This document shows positions 25,105 through 37,611 of a stretch of 64,000 nt of DNA, one piece after another. The stretch comes from Chiloscyllium plagiosum (Eukaryota): positions 22,949,886 through 23,013,885 of the forward strand of contig NC_057749.1 of NCBI RefSeq assembly GCF_004010195.1. Reading direction: 5' to 3'. Numbering within the stretch: position 1 is the first letter of the stretch; each line of letters starts with the position of its first letter. The notes below the pieces were generated by a model. That model did no database searches, was not told the origin of the DNA, and worked only from the letters and a program-made list of their open reading frames with translations. Made by a program: the position numbers and the translations under genes.

Positions 25105-25560
25105 GAACATAGTAAGAACATAAGAACTAAGAGCAGGAGTAGGCCACCTGTCCCTTTGAATCTGCTCTACCATTCAATTAGATCATGGCTGATCTTGTTG
25201 TGGCCTCAGCTCCACTTACCCGATCTCTCACTGTATCCCTTAATTGTTTATTGTTCAAAACAAATCTATCTTAGCTTTAAAAACATTCAATGACGAAGTC
25301 TCGACCACTTCTTGGGCAGGGAATTCCACAGATTCTGGGTGAAGAAGTTCTTCTCAATTCAGTCTTAAATCTGTTCCCCCAAATTCTGAGACTATGCCCT
25401 CTTGTCTTAGTTTCACCTGCCAGTGGAAACATCCTTTCTACTTATCTATTCCCTTCATTAATTTATATGCTTCCATAAGATCTACCTCTCATTCATCTAA
25501 ATTCCAATAAATATAATCCCAGTCTACTCAATCTCTCCTCCTAAGCCAATCCCTCAACTC
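25105..25560 (-). mobile_element. CR1 LINE 3' end
   Basis: (taagaaca)n tail and CR1 ORF2 end in reverse. Confidence 0.8.
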
Positions 25561-25569
25561 CTAGTAGGC

Positions 25570-26140
25570 CATACGTCCCAAAGACTGGTGAATCTTATCA
25601 AAAGGCATGACCCTTTAGCTATTCACAATAGGCAAGCTCCTGGCTAACTATACCCAACCAGTCTGTACTTGCAAAATTCTGAACATAATGCCTAACATTA
25701 TCTGTGATTCCACAACTGGACAACACTTACTAGATTGCCCTGATTGTGTGAACAACAAATTGAAGATTGTCAGTAGGGCTCAAAGGGTGATTCATTTGTT
25801 TGTGCAGGATGTCACATATATTAAATACACAGTCAGGCCAGAGGAATATTTTCATACACTCTGCCCTATTTAACTGACAATTAATTTCTGTTTCATTTCT
25901 CAGGGTTGACCAGACAGAGTTAAACTACCTGCTTTAAATTTAAATCAAGCTCAGCAATTAACTGTCAGTAATTATTCAACTGGTGCATTCTCCATGGCAA
26001 TGATCTACTAATCAAAGTCCACTTGCCAAGCAACCAGTTGATTTCTCTCAGACAATGTTATTCACCTTTGCATTGGCATTCTAGCAAATTGTCCTGATGA
26101 GTACAAGACAAGACAATATGAATGTGTCTTTTTTCAGCCA
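25570..26140 (+). mobile_element. old PLE, GIY-YIG C-terminus and 3' end
   Basis: CDSTTGQHLLDCPDC..NKLKIVSRA resembles PLE endonuclease C-terminus; gtcctgatgag hammerhead half-core near 26091. Confidence 0.6.
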
Positions 26141-26199
26141 TGCCACATAAATAGTGAGGTAGATTTATTAGGGAAAGCCTTGTATACTGAAGCAGACCC

Positions 26200-26420
26200 T
26201 AATATGCAGAAATCGCTGGAGGAGTTCAGCAGATAGACAGCAATCAGAGTTAACGTTTCGAGTCCAGTGACCCTTTCTCACAACTGATGGCAATCAGTTC
26301 TAATGAAGGGTGACTGGAACGAAACGTTAACTCTGATTTCTGTCCACAGATGCTGCCAGACCACTGAACTTTTCCAGCAATTTCTGTTCCTGATTTCCAG
26401 CATCCGTAGTTCTTTCGGTT
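26200..26420. mobile_element. fold-back PLE-end element (GGGTC-stem family)
   Basis: cagagttaacgtttcgagtccagtgaccc inverted against gggtgactggaacgaaacgttaactctg. Confidence 0.75.
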
Positions 26421-26479
26421 TTGGGGGCGTGAGATGAGGCAAAGTCAGTAAGAGTCCCTGAATATTATTACCTAAAAAT

Positions 26480-27620
26480 GATACATTGATGGGAAAGGGG
26501 AGATTTCATCCGAGGCCAGTGAATGAGGAGGGGACGGTGGACTGCTATGTTGCTGTTCCTCCTGGCTACCAGAAAGAAATTTTAAGAATTGAGATTTAGA
26601 GCTGGTTACTTTTGGTTTTGGAATAAACAAGCCTCAAGCTAAATTAATGAGGCACTTTTATTGGCCAGGATTATGAACGAGTTATGTAAGATTCATGTCG
26701 AGTGGTTAGGAAGCTCTCGAAACCAGCTCCAATGATCTTAATGTCTGCTTTAGATGAGCCTTTTAAGTAGGATTCTAATGGATTATGAGAGATGCAAAAA
26801 TTAAAATGGAGTACTATTATCAGTTAAACCTCCTGGATTTGTCTACCTGATTTCCTGAAGTAACTACTTTAAGGAAAATGAGTGCAAAGATAGTATCTGA
26901 ACCTCCATTCAGGTTTTCACCAGATACAGATTATCCCAGAGAGATTCACTCTGACAGAGATCAACTTACCCATCATTTCAAAAGGCGGTGAGTAGTTACT
27001 GTAACATAAGGATATGCACAAATTCTGGTACTTATGACGAGGTTCTGGCATCAACTGAAGATACCAGAACAGAAGAGGAAGCATGATACGGGAAAGACCT
27101 TAGACATGACACTAGAGAGCTGTATTTAGTAACCAGAAATGTCCAGATGTAAATAAAAGAGTGTTTCGAGTAGGGAAGAGCCTAACTTAGAGATAAAGAA
27201 CCTACAACCTCAGGGACAGTATATATGTACACATCCAACAGCCTGGGGATAGTAAAGACAAGTTTCTGAACACACTGATAGCAGTTATTAGCTTAAAGAA
27301 TATAATAAAGCAGTTTCAAGATAAAGCAAATTAAATCATCTACATACCAGTTACGGTCTCAGAGGGAATTGGAAAGACCTTCAAACTTTAAAAGCTATTA
27401 TTAGAGCTTATTGCTTGAATATCCTGAGGACTAAAATAAGGGAATTTTAATTTTATTATTTCCATTAGTGGCAGAGCTAATGAGTCAACTTGGTTTTCAG
27501 TCCCTTTGAGTCTATGAACATGAAGGAAGGAATCTACTTCAATTCATTGAAAAGAAAAAAAAAGGTTATGGCCTCATAAGACTTCCTCAAATTACACATT
27601 CCAGTTTCCAGAAAGATTGC
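26480..27620 (+). mobile_element. decayed Ty3/Gypsy integrase (Gmr1-like), split by ~300 bp of unrelated sequence
   Basis: QAKLMRHFYWPGL, APMILMSALDEPF, LDLST*FPEVTTLRKMSAKIVSE, PREIHSDR, QTLKAIIRAYC, FSPFE. Confidence 0.8.
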
Positions 27621-28034
27621 CAAAAGCATATGCAAGTTCACAGACGTGAACGCTTCAGGAATGTGAAGAAGAGAGTCACACTGGATCCGAAACGTTAACT
27701 TTGCTTTTCTCTTCACAGCTGCTGCCAGACCTGCTGAGTTTCTCCAGCGTTCTCTGTATTAATATTACATTAATACCCCCAGTATGATGCATGCAACTGC
27801 TCCACTGAGTGTTTTATTTTTCGCATTCAGACTAAGCCTTTGAAATTTAAGTAAGAAAAACTTCAAAGCAATGACAAATAAATTGACCGCAGTACCGTAC
27901 TGCTATTGTATAAACCTATTTCGAGAAAAAGTCTTACTTGTATATTTAAACAGCCATAGCCAACAAACAAGATAAGGTATTAAACTAAAATGAAAGTCTC
28001 GTAAAAATGCAAGCAAAAGTGCGATTCCAGCCAA

Positions 28035-28381
28035 TTAGATTAGATTAGATTCCCGAGGGTGTGGAAACAGGCCTCCCTCCCACCACCACCCCCCCACCCC
28101 CCTCCCTCCTCCTCCACCCCACCACCGGCCCAACCAGTCCACACCTACCCTCTGAAGAGCAACCCACCCAGACCCATTTTCCTCTGACCAACACACCTAA
28201 CACTATGGACAATTTAGCATGACCAACCCACCTAACCTGCACATCTTTAGACTGTGGGAGGAAACCAGAGCACCCGGAAGAAAGCCACACAGCCACGCGA
28301 GAAGTGCAAACTCCACACAGACAGTCGCCTGGGGCTGGAACCAAACCTAGGATCCTGGTGCTGTGTGCCATCGTGCCACCT
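28035..28381 (-). mobile_element. HE1-like SINE with C-rich expansion
   Basis: Typical body; extra C-rich tract at about 28074-28127. Confidence 0.88.
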
Positions 28382-29154
28382 CACATTGATAGAGCTACAT
28401 AAACAGGTAAAAAGAAAATAACAAAAATAAAGGGGCATCAAAACCACATATGGGTAACATTCAATAGGAAAGGTCACACTTATCAAATTCATTAATTTCC
28501 TCTTCTAAAAAATGAAACCAGATGGATCCAACCCACGACGCTTCAATGGATTACCCAAAATTCACAAACCAGGAATCCCCTCAGACCCATAGTCTCACTA
28601 CCTGGAACACCAACTTACAGATTAGCCAAGGAGCTACACCATTAGTAGAAGACTCACGCCACTCCATCCACTCCACCCAAGAATTCCTGAAGACCGTCAA
28701 AGACACTAAGATAGAAAAGAATGAAATAATGGTTTCCGTTGATGTAACAGCCCTGTTGACATCCATTAACATCAGCCTGGCCAAGAAAACACTGACTCCA
28801 CTATTAGAAGACCCAAAGACACATACACCAGACACCACCAGCTTCATCTGCAAGGATAGTATCATCAATTGTGGACCTATGCCTTATCCCCCACTTCACC
28901 TTCAACAACAAACCTACAGACAAACTAACGGAACACCCATGGGACCTCCGATCTCAGGGTTCTTCGCAAAGACAGTAATGCAGAGACTCGAACAAACAGC
29001 TCTGCCAAACACCCAAGCCAAACTTTGGGTCTGCTACATGGATGGCACCTTTGTCATCACTTTACAAAACAAATGAGAGGAAACCTTCAAGACCATCAAT
29101 AATACCCTTACCGGCATAAAATTCACTAAAGATGAAGAAAACAACAACAAACTG

Positions 29155-29350
29155 AGTTAAAAATCACACAACTCCAGGTTATAGTCCAAAAGGTTTAATT
29201 GGAAGCACTAGCTTTAGGAGCGCTGCTCCATCACCAAATAGTTGTGGAACCAAAAACAAGTGCTTCCAATTAAACCTGTCGGACTATAACCTGGTGCTGT
29301 GTGATTTTTAACTTTGTACACTCCAGTCAAACACCGGCATCTCCAAATCA
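29155..29350. mobile_element. fold-back GGAGC-family element nested in the PLE RT
   Basis: Same inverted arms as 24154-24346 and 59531-59750. Confidence 0.8.
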
Positions 29351-30209
29351 GAATAACATCATTCCTAGATGTCATAGTAGAGCAAACAGCCAATGGGGAA
29401 CGTCAAACCAGTGTCTACAGAAAAACAACACATACGGACCAAATATTGAACTACAGAAGCAATCATCCCAACATCCACAAACAAAGCTGCATTAGAACAT
29501 TATTTCAATGAGCCACCACACACTGCAGCACAGAGGAACTATGCAGAGTAGAGGTAAATCATCTATACAGTGTATTCAAAACGAATGGGTACCCAATGAA
29601 CACAGTCCACAGATTTCTCAGCAACAAACCCAAACAAACAGACAAAACATGTCCAGAAACCCTAGCCACTCTCCCCTACATCAAGGACATCTTGGAAATG
29701 ACTGCCAGACTACTCAGACCTCTTGGCATTATGGTAGCCCACAAACCGACCATCATACTAAAACAAAGCTAATGAACTTGAAAGACACTATACAGACAAC
29801 AAGCTAAATTAATGTCATTTACAAAATACTGTGGAAGAACTGTAACAAACACTACATTGGACAAACAGGCAGACAACTAACCACCAGGATATATGAACAT
29901 CAACTAGCCATAAAACAACATGACCCTGTCTCACTAATATCTTTACATATAGATAAGAAGGACACCACTTCGACTGGGACAACATATCTATCCTAGGACA
30001 AGCCCAACAGAGACACGCACGAGAATTCCTAGAAGCATGGCATTCCAACTGCAATTCTATCAACAAACACATTGACTTGGACCCCATTTACCACCCTATG
30101 AGAAAAAGAACAGGAAATAAATCACAATAGAAAATTACATTACCAATCCCAAGGAACCCAAACATATGAACAGAAAGCAGGAAACATCAGCAGTGCCTCA
30201 TCCGGAGGC

Positions 30210-30249
30210 TTACTGAAGATGTTACCTCATATGGTGACGAAACGTCTGA
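30210..30249 (+). ncRNA. minimal hammerhead motif in PLE 3' terminal region
   Basis: UUA-CUGAAGA-U-GUUACC-UCAUAU-GGUGAC-GAAA-CG-UC-UGA. Confidence 0.78.
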
Positions 30250-31054
30250 AAATGAACCTTCCAGCTCAGCGAGCAAACGTACATCCAGTTAATGAGGTTG
30301 ATAATAAGCAGTAAACCCTGTTAATGGGTATCTTCCCGCTGCCTAGAAAGAATCCCCTCTCAACAACTGGAACTCTGGGAATAACTGGCTGCATTTTTCC
30401 CAATGTTACAATGTCCCAAAGTTACCCTTCACTTCTCATGGGACTCTCCCAGATTTCTTACCATAGTGCACATCATTCATGGCCCCCACAGCACATGTAC
30501 AGTATGGTACATATTGTCCAAAGATATTCGAGATCCACTGGGTCAATTGAAGTTCAATGCAATTTGTTATGAAAGGGCATCAAGATCAGGTAAATGAAAT
30601 TGATGCACAAATTAACCATGATCTCACTGAACGACAGAATAACTTAAAAGGCTGGATTTTTTATTTTGGTCGGTCTGGTGCTTTTGTGTAATATTTGCTT
30701 GTTACTTGCTGGAAGCTGCTTACTTTGCTGTCAATCATGTCTGTTTTGATCCGGCAAAGTGTTTGGTTTTGTAGAAATTAGTCAATTCTTTTGCAAAAAG
30801 TCGGTGATTCAGCTAACCATAGCAAGAGTATATTTGATATAAAAACATTATAGGAAATTGATGGGTGCTTAAAATACTTTTATGTTTAAACATTCACCCT
30901 ATTCTAATTTCTATCTGTCAAAGCTGGGATGGTGATCAGCCTGAAATGGTAATTATATTGTACTGTAATAACTTGGGTGGAAATGTGTTATATTACTATT
31001 TTGTCTCTCATGTGTTTCTCTTACTACATACACCTGTATACAGCTCCCTCACTC

Positions 31055-31310
31055 ATGTTGGCTCAGCGGTTAACATTGCTGCCTCACAGTGCCAGGGAAC
31101 TGGGTTCAATTCCAGCGTCAGACAACTTCTGTATGGAGTTTGTACATTCTCCCTGTGCCTGTGTGGGTTTCCTCCCACAGTCCAAAGATGGGAAGGTTAT
31201 GTGGATTGACTTTACCAAACTGTCCGCATTGTCCAGGGAAATATGGGGTGGGTGGGTCAGTATGGATTTAATAGGCCAAATGGCATGCTTCCACACTGTA
31301 GGGATTCCAT
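31055..31310 (+). mobile_element. HE1-like SINE, diverged
   Basis: Head and partial V-domain. Confidence 0.8.
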
Positions 31311-31739
31311 GTTTTCTCTTTATTTCTAATCATCTGTGAATAATTATTGTAAAGGTGAGGCTTATAAGATTGTTACGTTTTGGACGGCATCTTTAATTTA
31401 GGACAACATCAAGGGAGTCATTTGAGCTGTGTCAAAGCCTGCCAAATGGCAGGCCTGGATGAAATGATGTTAGAGGAGGTCCAGTTGTTTGCAGAAACAC
31501 GTTGCTATGTGTTCACACGTGGAGCCAATGGCAACAGCATCATTCATTGTTAAATGATGGTTAGACTGCAGGTCCCCAAAGTCCCAGGAAGGGGTTGAGC
31601 ATGTCAGGTTGTAAATAATTGTGATTTAAACTGTCCACTTCCTTCCAAAATAAAAGAAAGTTCTTAGCCATCAGAATTTCTACCTGGATACAAGGCACAT
31701 GTGATTCACAATGCCATGGACTTATTTCTCGCAATGCTA

Positions 31740-33010
31740 TTAGCCTAGATAGTGTTCAGCTTCTTGAGTGTTGTTCGAGCTGCACTCAAAGCAGTGAGGA
31801 GTTTTCCATCGCATTCTGATTCTGCCTTGTAGATGGTTGACAGTGTTTGAGGAGTCAGGAGATTAATTATTTGTGGTTGAAATCCCAATTGCTGAGCTAC
31901 TGCTGTCACCACAGTGTTTTGACTGCTGGTCCAGTTGAATTTCTGAACAATGGTGACCCGAGATTGTTTGCAGTGAAGATTTCAGCGATGATAATACTAT
32001 GAAATGTCAAGGGGAGTTGATTAAACTCTATCTTTTTAGAGATGCCTTGCAATTGTGTGGCATGAATTACTGGTCCATTATTAGCCCAAGGCTGAATATT
32101 ATCCAAGTCGAGAGTGTGGTGCTGGAAAAGCACAGCAGGTCAGGCAGCATCTGAGGAGCAGGCGAATTGATGTTTCGGGTCAGAGCCCTTTATTAAGAAT
32201 GACGTTTTGGGCCAAAGCCCTCATTCCTGATGAAGGGCTCTGGCCCAAAACGTTGATTCTCCTGCTCCTCGGATGCTGTCTGACCTGCTGTGCTTTTCCA
32301 GCAACGCATTCTCGACTCTGATCTCCAGCATCTGCAGACCTCAATTTCTCCTGAAAATTATCCAAGTCTTGCTGCACATGGTTGTAATGATTGTTAATTA
32401 ACCTATTCAAATATGTTATGACACACATTCAGGACAGGATGGACTTGACTCCGTGCCTTCTGGCCTAGAGATAAGGACACTACCTCTGCACCACAAGATC
32501 CTCATGCACATGGTTGTATGGTGCTCCATTTCTTAAGGGGATATGAATACACACATGACTCAATCATGTGCAAATATACCTACTTCCGATTTTATGAATG
32601 AAGAAAGGTAATTGATGAATCAGTTGAAGATGGTTGAGACCAATATCTTACCTTAAGTAAATCTTAGGGATTCTCACAGTAGTGACCCTACCTTTGCGCC
32701 AGAAGGTCCGGATTTAAATCACACCTGTTCCATAACATATGTCATAACATCTCTGAACAGACTGAGTAGAAGATAGCAATATCTTGAGTAACTCTAAGAG
32801 GTGCCTGAGGTGGAGCAGTAAATCCCTATCTCTGAGACAGGAGTCCTATATTCAAATTGCACTGTCCTAGAGCTGTGTAATAATATCTCTGGATTTAGAA
32901 AATATCTACCCTGGGAAACTCCTGCAGTGGTGTCCTGAGACTGAGATGATTGGTCTCCAAACATCACAACCAACTACCTTTGTATAAGTAATGAACCCAA
33001 TCAGTGGAGA
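31740..33010 (-). mobile_element. family-B LINE remnant with nested elements
   Basis: agcttcttgagtgttgtt.gagctgcactca and downstream blocks match 10750-11820. Confidence 0.65.
32110..32356. mobile_element. fold-back Neptune-type PLE tail element
   Basis: Inverted tails; TSD ATTATCCAAGTC at 32098-32109 and 32357-32368. Confidence 0.82.
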
Positions 33011-33292
33011 GCTTGCTATTTACATACGTGTGTGTAACAATAAGGGCAGTATTAATAGTCCTTCCGGAATTATCCTTGAGAAAGTAGCATTGATTCACTT
33101 CCTGGAATATAACTGAGGCTAACTTGGCCGTTATACAGGGCACTTAAGGGTCAATCAGACTGTTCTGGGTCTGGATTCACAAATACGCTTGATTTAGTTT
33201 CCTAAAGGGCATTAGTAAATCAGATAGGTTTTTCTTGTTGCAATCTGGTAGTTTCATAGACAACAATACTGACACAAGCTATTATTTAATTA

Positions 33293-33993
33293 AAGGTAAC
33301 ATCACCATAATCCTACCAGACCTTAGGCTGCTCTCACATTAGAGAGAGAGAGACGTATTGTGTTGAGTTTAACCTGAGAGTCACTACACCTCAGGTGAGG
33401 GGAAAGTTTGAGAAGGAGAGTCATTCATAGTAATCTCAGCTGGTGAGGGAAGTGAACCCATGATGTTGGCATCAAGCTGCATTTCAAACATGCTATAGAA
33501 CATGGAATAATACGGCGCAGGACAGGCCCTTCGGCCCTCAATGTTGCACCGACCTGTGAACTAATCTAAGTCCATTCCCCTCCACAATCCCATCATCATC
33601 CATGTGCTTATCCAAGTACTGTTTAAATGCTCCTAATGTGGCTGTGTTAACTACATTGGCAGGCAGGGCATTCCACACTCTTACCACTCTCTGAGTAAAG
33701 AACTTGTCTCTGACATCTGTCTTAAATCTATCACCCCTCAATTTGCAGCTATGTCCCCTCATACAAGCTGACGTCATCATCCTAGGAAAAAGACTCTCAC
33801 TGTCCACCCGATCTAATCCTCTGATCGTCTTGTATGTCTCTATTAAATCTCCTCTTAGCCTTCTTCTCTTCAATGAGAACAGACCCAAGTCTCTCAGCCT
33901 TTCCTCATAAGACCTTCCCTCCAGACCAGGCAACATCCTGGTAAGTCTCTTCTGCACCGTTTCCAATGCAGCTGTCCAGCTAACTGACCCCCC
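33293..33993 (-). mobile_element. tRNA-derived SINE interrupted by CR1 (33495-33968)
   Basis: Matches 14405-14635; head resumes at 33970. Confidence 0.65.
33495..33968 (-). mobile_element. CR1 LINE 3' end, young
   Basis: Open ORF 33538-33966 VQKRLTRMLPGLEGRSYEERL... Confidence 0.92.
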
Positions 33994-34894
33994 TGTTGAT
34001 TAGCAATTGAACATCATGGTGCACTTTGAACTCATATGTCTGTATCATTGGTTTAAGGCTTTGGATTACTTGTCTGGAAACAGACTGTTGTGCTACTGAA
34101 CCACGCGAAATACATGGCAGATCAGTGTACATCTGTAAAGACAAAAGATGGATCGCCCATTGAGTGCATGGGCTGAAACAGCGACTGATCCTTTCACCCT
34201 CAGACAGCCTGACTGATCTTTTATACATTGTCGATGTTTGCGGTGTTTTATCTTTTCCCAATCCGCGACCCCTCCCGTGCAGCTACTCCACAACACTTTT
34301 ATCTTAACCTCAGACACCCCAATGTTTGTATACTGCCTACTGTCACAAATTTATCACAAATCTTAAACCCGCTTTTTAAAGGTTATTGAACAGTGTAGCC
34401 CGAATGTTGCAAACTGTTGGCCTGTGGCCACATTGAACTCACACTGTATTGGACAACCCCAAACTCTACCAAGAAATAAATCGGTAATGATTGATTTCCA
34501 GAAAGGAACGGCATGCTATGAGCTCCAGGACTTTCGAGGATATTCCCTGAAAACTGGCAGATCCACTTCTCACAGAGTGACCACGAGCTTATCGAAGTGT
34601 AGGTGCAAAGAATGAATCGTTCCAGATTAATACAAGAACTTTATTGTCCAGCTAAAGCCCAGGAAAGTAAATAAACGCTGTTTAGAACCAGAAGGCTCTG
34701 AATATGCATTCGCATTTGCAGTATGAATACAGAGTGAAAAGTAATAATTTCAGTTGGATCTATTTAACTTTGGCTTCCCACTGGGAAATTATATCTTGCA
34801 GTGTGAAAGTGCAACTACAGATATACCCCATCTTAGAGATGCAACTGATCCTTGTAATACTGTGTTGAAAACATGCACACAACAAATAAGACAA

Positions 34895-35280
34895 TTAGAA
34901 ATAGGAACAGGAGGAGGCCATTTGGCCCCTCAAGCCTGCTCTACCACGGTTGACCTGATATCCCTCACACCCACGTTCCTCCATTTTCCTCTAGATTCTT
35001 GATTCCCTGACTGAGCAAGAATCTATCTTAGCCTTAAATATACACCACATCTCTGCCCCCACAGTTCCCTGTGGGAAGGAATTCCAGAGACTCACAACCC
35101 TCGGAGAGAAGAAATTCCTCCTCATCTCAGACTGAAATTGACGCCCAGTTATTCTGAGACTATGCCCTCTGGTCCTGGACTCTCCCAGGAGGGCAGACAT
35201 CCTCTCAGGCTTTACCCTGTCAAATCCCGTAAGAATCTGGCATGTTCAATGAGATCACCTTTCATTCTTCTAAACTCCAT
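34895..35280 (-). mobile_element. CR1 LINE 3' end
   Basis: ESRTRGHSLRI..RRNFFSPRVV. Confidence 0.87.
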
Positions 35281-35696
35281 GTTAGGTGTGACACCTTCAA
35301 TCGTCAGGAGATTTCTAAATAAAATCAATTATACTGCAGTCAGTAGCAATTGTTGAAAAATCAAACCCAAATACATTGTGTACTGACTTCAAAAATGTCA
35401 TGGTCTGAAGATAAACATTCTGAAGAGGACTGATAGAACTGAAGTAATTTGAGAAAGTAACAATTCACAACAAGAATACAGACACAGTCCAAGATATATG
35501 GCAGAAACAGATAACAGAATTGTTAAAGGAGAATGAGCAACATAGGTGATGGCAGCTGAATTGTCCGAGAAGTCTAGTGAGGCCTATCTCAGTGTCCAGA
35601 GCATTTTGTTGCATCTTTTATGCATTTGCCAAGTGGTGAGACAAGATTCTCGCTAGGCATCAGCAAATTGGCAATTGACAGGGATTGAAGCTGGTG

Positions 35697-36121
35697 GGCG
35701 GCACGGTGGCACAGTGTTTAGCACTGCTGTCTCACACCGCCAGAGACCTGAGTTCAATTCCCACCTCAGGCGACTCTCTCTGTGGAGTTTGCACATTCTC
35801 CCCGTGTCTATGTGGGTTTCCTCCAGGTGCTCCGGTTTCCTTCCACAATCCAAAAATGTGCAGGTTAGGTGAATTGGCCATGCTAAATTGCCCGTAGTGT
35901 TAGGTGAAGGGGTAAATGTAGGAGAATGGGTCTGGGTGGGTTACGCTTCGGCTTGAGGGGCCAAATGGCCTCCTCCTGTTCCTATTTCTAATTATCTTAT
36001 TTGTTGTGTGCATGTTTTCAACACAGTATTACAAGGAACAGTTGTATCTCTAAGATGGGGTGTATCTGTGGACTTGTTGGGCCAAAGGGCCTGTTTCCAC
36101 ACTGTAAGTAATCTAATCTAA
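35697..36121 (+). mobile_element. HE1-like SINE containing a 120-bp inverted insert
   Basis: Full head to taatctaatctaa tail. Confidence 0.9.
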
Positions 36122-37272
36122 TGTAATAACCCTCGATAATGCCACAATCCATTCCATTAATATCAAGCTTTCAACCTGACCAAACATGTCAAACAGCACA
36201 GGCATTAAGAAACCTTGATATGGAAATCAAATTGGATACCTGGGGAATACCTGCAAATAGCCAACACTACAAGGTCAGGGATATATCCAGGGACTCCAGT
36301 CACAAACGCCGCTCATCCATGGACATTGGCATCTGACACCTGCAAACCCCTGGAGACCATCATGCCAACGCTTCAAACTGCTGTATTAAGAACCAGGCCA
36401 GCCCCCCTCAAAATCTCAAGAAAGTAGCCCAGACTCTAACTTTGCTTGTTGTTTTAAGCAGGTGTAACGCGGATATTCCAGGAGGGATGCAGCTGGCTCA
36501 ACCACTTAGCTTTAAACAAAACAGAATTTATTTGCAAGATTACCGAATGAACACAAGCAAAAGAGAACAGAATAACTCAACCTATTCGAAAACCCGATAG
36601 ATCATCCTAACTTAATGATGCTGTACCAAACCCCTGCAACAATCCCCATAAACACCCCTTGGCAAAAAATGTAAAATCAAACACAGGGTTTTACAGAAGA
36701 GAGAGAGAGAGATGGCAGAGGGATTCAGCATGGAACACCTTCTTCCATGGAGCTGTTCCTTGGACCAGCAGCTTTCATGAACTGACTGCCTGCTGAAACC
36801 AAACCAAAACAGAATTATTTGCAAGATTACCGAATGAACACAAGCAAAAGAGAACAGAATAACTCAACCTATTCGAAAACCCGATAGATCATCCTAACTT
36901 AATGATGCTGTACCAAACCCCTGCAACAATCCCCATAAACACCCCTTGGCAAAAAATGTAAAATCAAACACAGGGTTTTACAGAAGAGAGAGAGAGAGAG
37001 ATGACAGAGGGATTCAGCATGGAACACCTTCTTCCATGGAGCTGTTCCTTGGACCAGCAGCTTTTATGAACTGACTGCCTGCTGAAACCAAACCAAAACA
37101 GAGAAAAGCTGAGCCGGGAGAACTGGCCATTCCCTTTTCATTGTACAAGTGCTTTTTTTAAACTCGAAAGCCTTTTGCCTGAGGCAGTATCCATTAGTTA
37201 TAATCAAATTGGCCTCTCTGAATAAAAAATAAAATGACAACATAATCTTGTTAAAGGAGTGGCATCATCACA
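36122..37272. mobile_element. LTR-like element with internal ~289-bp tandem duplication
   Basis: Begins TGT and ends ACA, non-coding; no TSD confirmed. Confidence 0.45.
36517..37102 (+). repeat. tandem duplication, units of 288 and 289 bp
   Basis: 36517-36804 and 36805-37093 are nearly identical. Confidence 0.95.
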
Positions 37273-37611
37273 CCTGGTAGGTCATTTAGGAAGTACAGAC
37301 TTACATTGCAGCTGGCGTTGGAAGGACCACAACCTGAGGACTCCTTGCTTGCTTGCTGTGTCCATTCATTTACCACCCTCACCGCAGTCCTGCCTTGCTA
37401 CGCCTGTTGGTGCAGTCACTGACCAAGGCAGTTCTCAGTGATCGGTCCCACTTGCCATTTCCTTCCATCATGCTGGAATTCCAAAGTACGTAACGTGAAG
37501 GGAAGCTGCTGTGGCTGCACTTTCCAAGAAAAAGGGCAGCAGATACATGGAAACACTACCACCTGGAAATTCCCCTCCAAGCCACTCACCATCCTGACTT
37601 GGAAATATATC

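Larger units (their letters stand above)
28517..30288 (+). mobile_element. Penelope/Poseidon-type PLE, 5'-truncated, RT + GIY-YIG pseudogenised
   Basis: MVSVDVTALLTSI, QTNGTPMGPPISG, CYMDGTF (YxDD), FLDV, VYRKTTHTDQILNY, NVIYKI...HYIGQTGR, REFLEAWHS; frameshifts and stops. Confidence 0.92.

Noticed and set aside
32222..32258. Active hammerheads at 32224, 21012, 26299 and 59665
   Set aside because: Core nucleotides are mutated (GAAA to AAAA, CUGA to CUAA or UUGA), so they are counted only as decayed family members.
35697..35770. tRNA genes at GGTGGC.CAGTGGTTAGC...GGTTCAATTCC motifs
   Set aside because: These are SINE heads that continue into V-domain and LINE-like tails; no complete cloverleaf is apparent.
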